DNA from: a virus
Lineage: Duplodnaviria; Caudoviricetes
Virus record (IMG/VR): IMGVR_UViG_3300025725_000004
Coordinates: 1-42,975 of that record
DNA length: 42,975 nt
Direction: 5' to 3' (one strand)
Part shown: in pieces, positions 9,097-18,364 of the stretch
Numbering within the stretch: position 1 is the stretch's first letter
Layout: each line of letters opens with the position of its first letter
The notes under the pieces: generated by a model
Database searches by the model: none
What the model was told of the DNA's origin: nothing
What the model saw: the letters and a program-made list of their open reading frames with translations, nothing else
Position numbers and translations under genes: made by a program

Positions 9097-9990
9097 CTAC
9101 CTCTTCTTCACGACTTTTTTGCCGTCCTTTGCCGGCTTCTCCGGCACGGTCTCCTGCACGTCGATCTTCTCGGCCGAGACCTTCACGGTCTTGCCGTTGT
9201 CGCACTTGACGCGTACCTTCTGGTCGTCCGGGAACACCTCCAGCACGGTGCCCTTTATCTTGCCGGCCGACAGGTTCACAACAACCTTCGTCCCCGGTCG
9301 CACGTGGACTTCTTCCTCGTCTTTGTCCTCTTCTTCGTCGTCGTCGTTGTGGTCGTCTTCTTCTTCTTCCTCGTCGTCGTCAGCCTTCTTCTTGCCCTTG
9401 GGTTTCTTGTCTTCGTCGTCCTCTTCTTCCTCGTCGTCGTCAGCCTTTGCCTTGGACTTCTTTTTGCCCTTGGGCTTCTCTTCCTCTTCTTCGTCGTCGT
9501 CCGAGGTGTCTCGGTTCTCGGAAGCCGTGGCAGCCTCACTGTCTTCGTCGTCCTCATCCTCAGCCGGGTTCATCAGCCGGTTGATGTAAACGTTCTGGAA
9601 CTCGCCCTTGGTCTTCAACGTGATGCGGCAGGTGGGTTTGTTCTTCTTGACGTCATCGAGGATTTCCGGCAACCCGATCAGGTCGTCGAGTCCTGAAGTG
9701 TCGTAACCGAGACGCTCTAGATCTTTGATGAGGTACATTTGGTTGTCTTCGGTCTCGAGTCCCTGGTACGCGTACTTGATCTGTTTCTCGTAGTCCCCTT
9801 CGAGGAACTTCCAGTGCCAGGTGACCTGCAGCCGACCCGCCTCGCTCTTGCCGATCTCTCCCTTGACCAACCGGGCCAGGTACTTGCCGTCGTCGAACTC
9901 GATGCCTCCAATTGCCTCGGCAGCACGGGTCCGTGCCGTCTTCCATGTGATGCTTGCCTTCTTCAACGCCTTACTGAAATCTACTGCCAT
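9097..9990 (-). CDS. DUF669-like ssDNA-binding protein with acidic linker and C-terminal KOW/SH3-like domain
   Basis: DDGKYLARLVKGEIGKS...WKFLEGDY OB-like N-terminus, D/E/K-rich tract, PGTKVVV...GTVLEV tail; adjacent to the AAA recombinase. Confidence 0.65.
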   Translation of the reverse strand: MAVDFSKALKKASITWKTARTRAAEAIGGIEFDDGKYLARLVKGEIGKSEAGRLQVTWHWKFLEGDYEKQIKYAYQGLETEDNQMYLIKDLERLGYDTSGLDDLIGLPEILDDVKKNKPTCRITLKTKGEFQNVYINRLMNPAEDEDDEDSEAATASENRDTSDDDEEEEEKPKGKKKSKAKADDDEEEEDDEDKKPKGKKKADDDEEEEEDDHNDDDEEEDKDEEEVHVRPGTKVVVNLSAGKIKGTVLEVFPDDQKVRVKCDNGKTVKVSAEKIDVQETVPEKPAKDGKKVVKKR

Positions 9991-10020
9991 GTTCCTTTTC
10001 CTCGCTGTGTCAAATCGAGT

Positions 10021-10899
10021 TTACGATGCGTCTAACGACAGTCGCTTCCGCACGACCTGCTTCAACGCCGTCTTCTTGCCGACCGGTCGTTCCTCCTTTC
10101 CGTCTGGGGTATAGCGGTTGTTGAATGCGGCCACAAACCGCTTGTAGGCATCTTCTGCGTTGTGCCCCATATTGATCATCTCGAGGTCCTCACCGCTGGG
10201 CGTGCGGAAGTTCTCGGTGAGACGATGGCCGGCGGATATGTGGTCGTCCCCACGAATCACCAGCACTCGTTTATGGCCGTCGTAGGTGTAGCACGCCCAG
10301 ATGTCCACCATGGCCTCGATGATATCGCGGGCCTGCTTCGGCATGGTCGGCATGATCTTGTGGTAGCGCTCACCGGTGCGCGTCTTGATTTCCTGCTCGC
10401 CGGCATGCGAAATGAGGACGAGTCCCTTGCCGGTCGCAGCGAGTGCCGCTAACCATGGTTCGAACTCCGATCGAATCGCCCGCCATCCACGACCCCACTC
10501 TTCCTCGCTCGGATCATCGATGCCCAGTTTTCGACACACGGCCTGCTCGCAGTACCGGTAGAGCATGTCGATGGTGTCGATGATGACAGTGTCAAACCGC
10601 TTGTCTTTCCGTATCACCTTCAGGAAGGCTTTTGCCATGTCCCAGCTGGTGATGTCGGACCCGTACACCCGCAGTGCCTTGGTTCCGGACTCGGTGCGGC
10701 AGAAGTACGCCCGATCGAACTGTGCCGCCAACGAGGTCTTGCCAATCTTCTTTTCGCCGAACAGCAAGACAATGTAGTCGCCCAGTCGCGTGCAGGGTTC
10801 GGACGGTTCGGTAGCCAAGGCAAAGTCCACCTTTTCCTCCACTGGCTTCGGCTTGGTTTTCTTTCCCGTTGCGCCGGTTACACGTTTCACTACCGCCAT
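10021..10899 (-). CDS. AAA_24/Sak4-like ATPase (recombinase)
   Basis: Walker A GEKKIGKT, Walker B TVIIDTID, LVLISH. Confidence 0.8.
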   Translation of the reverse strand: MAVVKRVTGATGKKTKPKPVEEKVDFALATEPSEPCTRLGDYIVLLFGEKKIGKTSLAAQFDRAYFCRTESGTKALRVYGSDITSWDMAKAFLKVIRKDKRFDTVIIDTIDMLYRYCEQAVCRKLGIDDPSEEEWGRGWRAIRSEFEPWLAALAATGKGLVLISHAGEQEIKTRTGERYHKIMPTMPKQARDIIEAMVDIWACYTYDGHKRVLVIRGDDHISAGHRLTENFRTPSGEDLEMINMGHNAEDAYKRFVAAFNNRYTPDGKEERPVGKKTALKQVVRKRLSLDAS

Positions 10900-10902
10900 G
10901 AC

Positions 10903-12021
10903 TTACTTCGCCTCCTGTTTGAGTCGGGCCAACACCTCGTGCGGGTATTGGCCGTTGGTGGGAATCCAGCGCACCGGACCTCCAGCCATGGAGTCCGGAT
11001 GCAACACGAAGAACGGCATTTGCTCGGGTCGGTGCGTGCGAGGCTTGGTTGCAGACTCAGCAGGCACCGGATACTTCCCGTCCGGAGGCCAGCTCTCGAG
11101 ACCGGCAAACTTGGCATAGCCGGCCTTGTCACTGTGACTGCCCAAGTACTTCGAGAGCAGTGGCGGGCAGTGCATCTTGATCTCGCGCAGCATCAACTGG
11201 GCCACGCAGTTGTACTCCCAGTCCATCACGTGTTCCAACCGATTGGCCAGCACGCCTTGAAGCGCCACGTAGTTGTACTGTGCGTGGATGTAGGTCTGCG
11301 TCCCCATGGGCAACACCCGTCGGGCATCCTGCCACGGGATGCCGGCATCCACCAGAGCCGCGTAGAGTCGTTGACCGCGATTCAGATGCTCCCAGATAGT
11401 CCGCGATAGTGACATAGACGAAGTCAAACCCAGGTCCGTTTCGCGAATAACATATTCGTTGATTGGTGTCCAATCCGTGACACAATGTTGCTGTCCATCT
11501 GTGATGATGTTGTGCTTACCGTAGGCGTCGCACGCACGACGAATGGTCTCCGGCATTGTCCAGGCCCGGTGCCGCCAGTCATTGTCCCGACCGCCGTGCT
11601 GCATGAACCCGGCTCCGAGCCGTGTGCGCACGTTCTGGTGTGTGAACGCCCGGCTCACGCCGTCGAGGCGGAAATGGAAGACAATACCTTCGAGCACCTG
11701 GTTCAATGTCCGACCAGCAAAGCAGGACTCGACGTAACTGCGTTGAATATCCGTCAGCCGGTTCCATCCCGTTTGTTCGGCCCACCGGTCCGGGACCCGT
11801 TTATCCGGACCGTTGAAGTCTCGATCTTCAATTGTGCAGCTTGGCGCATCACCCCAGTTCGCCTGTAAGGCATCGTAGAGTGAGGTGAAGAGCCGGCGAT
11901 CCGGTCCCCAGGTGTCCAGGGTGATGCGGAGGGATTCCGGTCCTTTGGTGATTGTCGTCCGTGGCACCTCATCGGTGTGGACGGCATGCGGTCGATGTGT
12001 TGCGTCGGAGAAATCGCTCAT
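10903..12021 (-). CDS. thyX: Divergent flavin-dependent thymidylate synthase (ThyX-family)
   Basis: FHFRLDGVSRAFTHQNVRTR, GIPWQDARRVLP, DWE; start MSDF at 12021 by ATGA coupling; signature motif altered (see findings). Confidence 0.75.
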   Translation of the reverse strand: MSDFSDATHRPHAVHTDEVPRTTITKGPESLRITLDTWGPDRRLFTSLYDALQANWGDAPSCTIEDRDFNGPDKRVPDRWAEQTGWNRLTDIQRSYVESCFAGRTLNQVLEGIVFHFRLDGVSRAFTHQNVRTRLGAGFMQHGGRDNDWRHRAWTMPETIRRACDAYGKHNIITDGQQHCVTDWTPINEYVIRETDLGLTSSMSLSRTIWEHLNRGQRLYAALVDAGIPWQDARRVLPMGTQTYIHAQYNYVALQGVLANRLEHVMDWEYNCVAQLMLREIKMHCPPLLSKYLGSHSDKAGYAKFAGLESWPPDGKYPVPAESATKPRTHRPEQMPFFVLHPDSMAGGPVRWIPTNGQYPHEVLARLKQEAK

Positions 12022-13010
12022 GGCTGCTCCTGTTCCATCTTTCGGGTGTAGAGGTTGCAGATCTGACCGAGACCCGAAATCTCCTGCATCTGGCCTGCGG
12101 CCGGACGGTCCGAAACGGCGACAAGGGTGCTCCGTCGGTTGTACCAATACACGGGAATGCCCGTCTTAACGAACTGTTCCACGTACCGTTGTTCGTCGTC
12201 TACGACAAACTGCACAAGATCCTGCACGCGTTCCGTGAGGACTAACTCTCCCTTGTCTCGGGAGCACCAGAGCGCGTCCAGTGGCAGATTGTTCTGGTCG
12301 AACCACATCATCGTGTCGGTGAAGAGATTCGGATACTCCGCGAAAGGCCGGCTGGTCAGCACGATGATCTGCCAGCCCATCGTCGTCTTACACCACTCTA
12401 GAAACTCTCGCGCACCGGGCATCAACGGGAAATTTCGCTTGAGACCGGAGGTTCGGAGTGCGTGCTTCATCTCTTGCCAGAGTTGTTCGGTAATGCCAAG
12501 AGACCGTGCGTTGCACCAGGTCCGGTTTCGAGCAATTTCTTGAATCCGCAGGAGGTCCAGATCCCCTCTCGGTACCAAGTGACCCGCGGCCGAATGATCG
12601 AGCCACTCACACAGTCCACGGATGTAGTCACACAGGACGTTATCCAGATCCAGGACGACGCACGGTCGCGTGATACGATCCTGCCATTCAGTCAGGTGCC
12701 GAAACCGGACGACGGTGTGCTTGCTGTCAACGGCATCTGTCAATTCTTGAAGCGAGAATCCGTTGTCCTGCACGGCAGAGAAAAAGTCAATGGCAATGTC
12801 CGCAAGTTCTTCTAGTCGTTTCGGCCGGTTGTCCAGTTGGGTGACGTTTCGGTGCTGCTTCCATCGGTGTGCTCGGAGCCACTCATGCACCTCACTCGTG
12901 AGTTCCACGGCCCAGAATCGTGCCCGCTCGCCAAGTTCATCGAACGTGATCGGTGGCTTTCGCAGCAACAAATTAAAGGTGCGAATCATCTCCCACTGTC
13001 GGGTGTTCAT
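12018..13010 (-). CDS. All-alpha dNTP pyrophosphatase (dimeric dUTPase/MazG-like) fused to a HAD 5'-nucleotidase-like domain
   Basis: ELTSEVHE...WKQH...LEELADI in the N-terminus; DLDNVL, LTSR and VVDD HAD motifs in the C-terminus; start MNTRQ at 13010. Confidence 0.8.
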   Translation of the reverse strand: MNTRQWEMIRTFNLLLRKPPITFDELGERARFWAVELTSEVHEWLRAHRWKQHRNVTQLDNRPKRLEELADIAIDFFSAVQDNGFSLQELTDAVDSKHTVVRFRHLTEWQDRITRPCVVLDLDNVLCDYIRGLCEWLDHSAAGHLVPRGDLDLLRIQEIARNRTWCNARSLGITEQLWQEMKHALRTSGLKRNFPLMPGAREFLEWCKTTMGWQIIVLTSRPFAEYPNLFTDTMMWFDQNNLPLDALWCSRDKGELVLTERVQDLVQFVVDDEQRYVEQFVKTGIPVYWYNRRSTLVAVSDRPAAGQMQEISGLGQICNLYTRKMEQEQP

Positions 13011-13846
13011 AGCGCCCACTTTCGTTTCCATGCCTGGATGTTGGCATATGTTTCGTGCGCGAGTTCGTCCGGTGACCACGAGGCGAATCGGCCAAAACAG
13101 AAGATGTGTCGATCGCGAAGCAGTCGTTGAAGCGGAGGGACCACTGGATGACCGTAAATCTTGCCGGGATAGAGTGCCGTACAACTCGGTCGGCTCGTTG
13201 AAATCAGGGACTCTTGATGCAGTTCGATGCCGTATCGATTTGTGCGCCGATACACCGGGTCCTCTACCTCCGAACTGTAGTCCACGTGCAGCACGTTTTC
13301 TTTTGGCCATGACGCCAGACCCGCCTCTACGGAGACGTAGATTGGACGGTTGACCAAGTCCAGATTTCGAAGACCGCACAGTCGGACCAATGCCGGTAAG
13401 GGAATGGTGCTCACCAGCATGTCATAGGCCGTCACCCCAACGTCACGCAAGGTGAGGGTCCGGGTATGCAGATGGATGGCTTCAACCTCGCGGCCGTATT
13501 CCACGTTGCTGCCGGGTATCTCTGGCACTTTCCATCCGGTCTGGTGTTCCCGGAATTGACCCTCCCAGTCGATAATGTCCGAGACCTTGCCGACCTTCTC
13601 TTTATAGCGTCGAATGGCATCTGTTTTCGGTGGCTGGCCGTCTACCGTTGTGTGCACTGCGGTCAGCGCACACGATAAACCCTGCAATGGCTGCCACAGA
13701 TAGTGCGCACCGAAGTTACACGTCTGGTAGACGTCTCGGCCAACCGGGGCTTTGCGACAATCCAGGACACGAGCATAGGGCACCAGGAACTGCACCAGTC
13801 GACCAACGAAGCCGCCACCGATCACGACGATGCGGGTCGACGTCAT
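13007..13846 (-). CDS. FAD-dependent oxidoreductase (UDP-galactopyranose mutase/amine-oxidase-like fold)
   Basis: N-terminal IVVIGGGFVG, FGAHYLW, YDMLVSTIPLP, C-terminal CFGRFASW. Confidence 0.7.
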   Translation of the reverse strand: MTSTRIVVIGGGFVGRLVQFLVPYARVLDCRKAPVGRDVYQTCNFGAHYLWQPLQGLSCALTAVHTTVDGQPPKTDAIRRYKEKVGKVSDIIDWEGQFREHQTGWKVPEIPGSNVEYGREVEAIHLHTRTLTLRDVGVTAYDMLVSTIPLPALVRLCGLRNLDLVNRPIYVSVEAGLASWPKENVLHVDYSSEVEDPVYRRTNRYGIELHQESLISTSRPSCTALYPGKIYGHPVVPPLQRLLRDRHIFCFGRFASWSPDELAHETYANIQAWKRKWAL

Positions 13847-14847
13847 CGTTCCTCCAGTTCGGTAAAGACGGTCTTTCGCTTATACAGCCGGCTATAGTCC
13901 CGGTTCGCGCACACCGGTAGGTAGGGACACGTGCCGTATTTGTTCTCGCAGTAGTCGTCGTTTTGGTAATGCCCGGTGTCGCCTGCCCACCACGCCAAAA
14001 AGTCAGTGACCAGTTCTTCCAGTGCCATGCGACCTTGGTCCAGATCACGAGGCGTCACTGAAAGCCGGAGTCGAATGAAGTAGAACTCGGGCCGTTTTTG
14101 AATGTCCGTCACGATGCGAGTGGCAAACTGTGCCACGGTCTCCTTTTGCTTCTGCTGCAGACCGGGCCGACGGACAATGTTGTAGAGCACGCCAGACGGT
14201 TTCTGCTTCTGGAGAATGAGCGCCTGAAGATAGATGCGTACCTGGAGGTTGAATGAGAGGATGTCGGCCGTTGTGCCGGGAGAGATGCGAGACTTTGTCT
14301 TGGTCTCGAAGAGGATGGTCGAGGCCATCTTCTGGAGGACACCGTCCATTTTGCCTCGGATGAACGTCTGGAAGGTTGTACCGGTCCGATGCGAGGTGTA
14401 GACAAACGGTTCCTTGAAGGTATGCTCGACGCCTTTCCACTGAAAGGTTGTATCCTTTTTCCAGTACGCAAAATAGAGTGGCAGGAGCGCCGTGCCGAGG
14501 AGCACGGTTAGCTCCAGCCACTCTGTTTCTTCCTTGCCGGCTCGCGGCCGGTCTTTTCGCCATTCATCAGCGACTTGCGTAATCAACCGTTGGACAAGGC
14601 CGGTAGACGGCACGTCGGTCAGTTTTCCACTCTGTTGTCGCTCCGCAACGAGTTGGAAGAGCCGATGCGTGAACGATCCGAACGTGCTGGCTAGACCTTC
14701 CTGCTTTGGGACCCATCCCTCCAAATACAGTCGAGCTGCGACGCGACAGTTTCTGAACTTGACAAGCAAACTGTTCGTGACGCCGTCGCGTTCCGGCCGG
14801 TAGAATGACAGTGGTTGTGAATCGAGCACAATCTTTTTCTTGGCCAT
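13843..14847 (-). CDS. PD-(D/E)xK exonuclease, Cas4/RecB-like
   Basis: FGSFTH, RGKMDG, FETKT, QVRIY, C-terminal C-x6-CPY-x3-C plus an N-terminal Cys. Confidence 0.85.
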   Translation of the reverse strand: MAKKKIVLDSQPLSFYRPERDGVTNSLLVKFRNCRVAARLYLEGWVPKQEGLASTFGSFTHRLFQLVAERQQSGKLTDVPSTGLVQRLITQVADEWRKDRPRAGKEETEWLELTVLLGTALLPLYFAYWKKDTTFQWKGVEHTFKEPFVYTSHRTGTTFQTFIRGKMDGVLQKMASTILFETKTKSRISPGTTADILSFNLQVRIYLQALILQKQKPSGVLYNIVRRPGLQQKQKETVAQFATRIVTDIQKRPEFYFIRLRLSVTPRDLDQGRMALEELVTDFLAWWAGDTGHYQNDDYCENKYGTCPYLPVCANRDYSRLYKRKTVFTELEER

Positions 14848-15329
14848 CAGAACCTTCCTACGTGATGCAGTCCGATGCCTACGGCGTCCCAGGCATCTTT
14901 TACCAGGTGCAACTCTTCGCAGGTCTGTTCACCGAGCAGTCTGCGTATGCGCCGGATGACTTCGTCTTTGGGCAACTGGCCTTTCCATTCGTTGGGGGTG
15001 ACGACGTGAAACCGGTCGGCCGGAATCCACAGCCGACCCGCCAACATGCCGACGAGGAAAATCGGACGCTGCAGGTCCCCGGTCTTCCACGCCATGGCAC
15101 TGGACGCCGATCCGAACATCTGCATCCACTCACAGACAACTTCAACCGGCGGATCTTCGTCCAGTATCTGGTTGCGTAATTGACGGACGACGGTTGCGCA
15201 TCTCGAGACGAAGGCATCCCCGCCACGCTCGCGCGGTTCGATGATGCCGGCTCGCACCGGTTCCTGGTGGTGGAACAGCGCCCACCCGCAGGAGTTGAGT
15301 CCGGGATCCACGGCGAGGAGCACCTTCAT
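14847..15329 (-). CDS. RuvC-like Holliday junction resolvase
   Basis: LLAVDPG, VVCE, PNEWK, DAWDAVGIG; start MKVLL behind GGAGG. Confidence 0.85.
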   Translation of the reverse strand: MKVLLAVDPGLNSCGWALFHHQEPVRAGIIEPRERGGDAFVSRCATVVRQLRNQILDEDPPVEVVCEWMQMFGSASSAMAWKTGDLQRPIFLVGMLAGRLWIPADRFHVVTPNEWKGQLPKDEVIRRIRRLLGEQTCEELHLVKDAWDAVGIGLHHVGRF

Positions 15330-15526
15330 CGTTTCTTCCTCCGTAGCCACAACTCTGAGTGGGTCAGTGAGCGATGGCTGCGACGGCTATCACAGCCGGA
15401 AAAGAAACACTCGCAGCACGTGAACCTTGGCCAAGGGACCAATGCCCCGCATCCCGGACATTGACACCGATACCGGTTCGGAGGGATGATCGGGTCCGGC
15501 ACCACCACCGGTCGCTCCCACGACAT
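15326..15526 (-). CDS. Small Zn-ribbon protein
   Basis: CQCPGC...CCEC; stop coupled to the resolvase start. Confidence 0.45.
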   Translation of the reverse strand: MSWERPVVVPDPIIPPNRYRCQCPGCGALVPWPRFTCCECFFSGCDSRRSHRSLTHSELWLRRKKR

Positions 15527-15543
15527 GCCGAGACGACGATGGA

Positions 15544-16179
15544 TCACTGAATGCTCAACGGCAGTTCCGGCTGAGTTGATGCTGACGGCCGTTTTACCGT
15601 CCGTCCGTATTCGCATGTCGGGTCACTGCAGTCCCGGCCGTGTGGATGGCAACTTACAAACGCCTTCTTTCCGACTCCATGTCCGTTTGGATGCGTGACG
15701 TGCGGAGCCATGCGGCGTTTCTGACCTGGAGTCTGCATTGCTGTTCGGTCGTTGTAGTCTTCTCCGCCAGCGATTTGCGGATAGCCGACCTTTGTCTGAA
15801 GGTCGTACCTGGCAAGGTGCTCAGCTGCTGCCTGTGCAGCCATGGCAATAACGTGAATGGGCAGTTTGTCAAGATTGCGACCGTAGAGATTCAGGTCGCA
15901 GATCTTGTGGAACGGCTTAAGAGAGTGAACTACCGGCCTTGGAATGACCGTTACCGGGACATGAGCCGAAACCGCGATAGCCTTTGTGCCAACGGTCTGT
16001 GTGCAGAGTTTGTCTACCTCTGAACTCGGAATAAGAATCTTCCGGCCGTGCCCGGTCAGTGCCAGTTTCACAACTCGACGTTCCCGAATTTCCTTGTACA
16101 ACCAACTCAGAGAAACTCGTGCTTCGCGAGTTGCTTCACGGACGGTGTGCGCTTTTGTGTGATCGTGCATTGTCTTCAC
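15544..16179 (-). CDS. Excisionase-like (HTH_17/MerR-type) DNA-binding protein
   Basis: TVREATREARVSLSWLYKEIRE...GRKILIPSSEVD at the N-terminus. Confidence 0.65.
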   Translation of the reverse strand: MKTMHDHTKAHTVREATREARVSLSWLYKEIRERRVVKLALTGHGRKILIPSSEVDKLCTQTVGTKAIAVSAHVPVTVIPRPVVHSLKPFHKICDLNLYGRNLDKLPIHVIAMAAQAAAEHLARYDLQTKVGYPQIAGGEDYNDRTAMQTPGQKRRMAPHVTHPNGHGVGKKAFVSCHPHGRDCSDPTCEYGRTVKRPSASTQPELPLSIQ

Positions 16180-16182
16180 CTT

Positions 16183-16515
16183 TCAGAAACGTTTACCATG
16201 TTTGAACGGACGGGTTTCGTTGTACGCCATCTTGTCGACCAGGAGTTGTTCGAGCGGAAGATGCATCTGTTCGGCCAGGTCCATGATCCGGATGACCGCA
16301 TCGGCCAACTCTACGCCGAAGCCGCATGGTTTGACACTTTCATAGTACAGGTTGGCCCTGGATGGCGACCGCCAGTCTTCTTGTGCTTCCGCAATCTCGC
16401 CTACGATGAGCATCAACTTCCGATCAACGGTCGAGGGCACGTGTTCGTCCACGTCGTGAAAGCCGTGCTCTCGTGCAATGCGGCCTGCGGTCTGTTGTAA
16501 CACCGTAAAGTCCAT
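16183..16515 (-). CDS. MazG-like nucleotide pyrophosphohydrolase
   Basis: LMLIVGEIAEA...VELADAVIRIMD...KMAYNETRPFKHGK; start MDF behind AAGGA. Confidence 0.85.
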   Translation of the reverse strand: MDFTVLQQTAGRIAREHGFHDVDEHVPSTVDRKLMLIVGEIAEAQEDWRSPSRANLYYESVKPCGFGVELADAVIRIMDLAEQMHLPLEQLLVDKMAYNETRPFKHGKRF

Positions 16516-16516
16516 G

Positions 16517-17878
16517 TCACAGTCCTTTCGCCAGTAACCGGGCAGTGGCACTGGCCAAACGTTGTTGAAAGAGCCGAGCTTCCATACCCTTATCACGAAC
16601 CGCTTCAGCGATCTCTTCGTCCAAAGATCCCTTGGTCACCAGGTCCACGTACAACACGGATGCGGTCTTCTGTACCGACACAATGCGATCCTCGCTCTGG
16701 ACCCGATCTTCGTAGTCGTAGGTGTTGGAGTAGTAGACGGCCGTGTCTGCAGCCTTGAGGTCCCACCCGAATTTTGCCAGTTTGATCTGCAACAACAACA
16801 CTGTGTAGCGGCCGTCTCGAAACCCGACCTGGGCCGAGGTGCGTTCATCCTTGCTGCAATCGCCGGTGACACCAACAACGGTCAATGGCTTCCGGCCGTG
16901 CGGATGTCTCGTCTGCAGGTAGTCGGACACGGCATGCAGTTCGTTGTTGAACCGAAACCACACCACGACCGGTTGACCCGCCAGTTCCGTTTCAAGCAGA
17001 CTGGCCAGCTCACGCATCTTTGCCGGGTTGAGGCACTCGGACGTGCGCACCGGGTGGAAGCCTCCTGCCAACCGCGATAGCCATGTCTGCGTGGCCACCA
17101 CGTACTTGGTCTCCGTGTCGCCGACGGTGAACTGTTTTCGGATTTCTCGTTGCAGCCGCTTCTGTTCCGCGTTCATCAACACCAGCCGTTGCTCATGAAC
17201 CTTTCGCGGGCCGACCCCAGCCTGCTTCCGCGTGAGGACAAAGGCCAGGCGGTGCACCTCCGCCTTGATCTTGTCCCGTGTTCCGGCATTCGGTACCCAG
17301 TCCCAGCTGGCCCATCCTGTGTGAAAGTAGCGCTGCCGAAATTCCCAGTACGACGAACACCCAAGAAACTCCCCGTGCAGGAATGCCATCTGACCGAAAT
17401 AATTCAGCGCACTTTCTGGGTTTGGTAATCCGGTCAGCACGGCTCGATACTTTGTGTCCTTGAAGCCTCGGACAATCAGCTTACTTGTCGCCGCTCTCGG
17501 ATTACGAATGCGCGTACTCTCGTCCAGAATGACCACGTCCCACGGCACCGAGGTCAACTGCGGACAGGCACGCAACCCTTCGTAGTTGAGGAGGAACCAA
17601 CCCGAATACCTTGTCGCTGCCACTCGGCGTGCGGTTGGCACATCGTAGAGCGGGATGATGTGCGAGATCTCTTCGAGTGCGAGTTCGTGTTCCCAGCCGA
17701 GACCCGGCAGAGTCGCGAGAGGGGCCACCACCAGTACTCGTTTCACCCGTGGTCGGGACAATGCCCATCGAACCGCGACGGGACTTTTCCCGGTACGCAT
17801 TTCCATGAACAGCGCAATGCGGGAGCGGGTCTCCGCATACGTAAGCGCCGATTGCTGGTGCGCGTAAAGGTCACGCAC
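16517..17878 (-). CDS. SNF2-family (SF2) helicase
   Basis: LYAHQ, MEMRTGKS, VILDES, LTGLP, QSEDRI; probable GTG start at 17878. Confidence 0.9.
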   Translation of the reverse strand: MRDLYAHQQSALTYAETRSRIALFMEMRTGKSPVAVRWALSRPRVKRVLVVAPLATLPGLGWEHELALEEISHIIPLYDVPTARRVAATRYSGWFLLNYEGLRACPQLTSVPWDVVILDESTRIRNPRAATSKLIVRGFKDTKYRAVLTGLPNPESALNYFGQMAFLHGEFLGCSSYWEFRQRYFHTGWASWDWVPNAGTRDKIKAEVHRLAFVLTRKQAGVGPRKVHEQRLVLMNAEQKRLQREIRKQFTVGDTETKYVVATQTWLSRLAGGFHPVRTSECLNPAKMRELASLLETELAGQPVVVWFRFNNELHAVSDYLQTRHPHGRKPLTVVGVTGDCSKDERTSAQVGFRDGRYTVLLLQIKLAKFGWDLKAADTAVYYSNTYDYEDRVQSEDRIVSVQKTASVLYVDLVTKGSLDEEIAEAVRDKGMEARLFQQRLASATARLLAKGL

Positions 17879-18137
17879 GGGCAGACCTCTGCTTACATCC
17901 GGACTTGGGCCGGCGTAACACCAGGACGTCTTGGGTGAGGGAATCATCAACGAAATGCGTGCCGGGTGGCAAGGCATCGGCGAGAATGGCTCGCACCGAA
18001 TACTCAGCGACCACCCGGCGACGGAGCAGCAGATGGAGCCGGGATAGCGCCCGGTCCATAGACCGGAAATACACGACGTGCGACGCGTAACCGGCCGTCT
18101 TCACGCGGTAGACGAGCGTCGGCTGGTCAGCGGCCAT
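17871..18137 (-). CDS. Hypothetical protein
   Basis: 3' part of ORF 17871..18263; start MAADQ behind AGGTGG. Confidence 0.45.
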   Translation of the reverse strand: MAADQPTLVYRVKTAGYASHVVYFRSMDRALSRLHLLLRRRVVAEYSVRAILADALPPGTHFVDDSLTQDVLVLRRPKSGCKQRSARA

Positions 18138-18364
18138 ACGCCACCTGGAACGGGTGACCCGGCTCCAACCGTCGGGCGACGGCCAGAGCCGGGCACCACC
18201 GGACCGTGGCAGGAGACCACCACGGACCGTCTGTGCGCCGGGAAGAGCGACCTTCCCGGCCAAACCACCACGTTGCCCAGCGTGCCACTAGGTTTCTCCC
18301 CTAGGCCTACTATCCAAAAGCCAGCCGGCGTGGCCACCTGGGCCCTGCCGAGTGAGGAAAGAAC

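Noticed and set aside
9004-9696. Plus-strand hydrophobic and Ser-rich ORFs
   Set aside because: Antisense shadows of the D/E/K-rich tract in the SSB-like gene.
13843-14847. Cas4 as a CRISPR adaptation gene linked to the RAMP-like locus
   Set aside because: It lies in the replication/recombination module next to RuvC, ~6 kb from the array; stand-alone Cas4-like exonucleases are common in phages.
15544-16179. Evidence of a temperate/prophage lifestyle from the excisionase-like HTH
   Set aside because: No integrase, repressor, att site or host genes in the window; this HTH family is also used as a general regulator.
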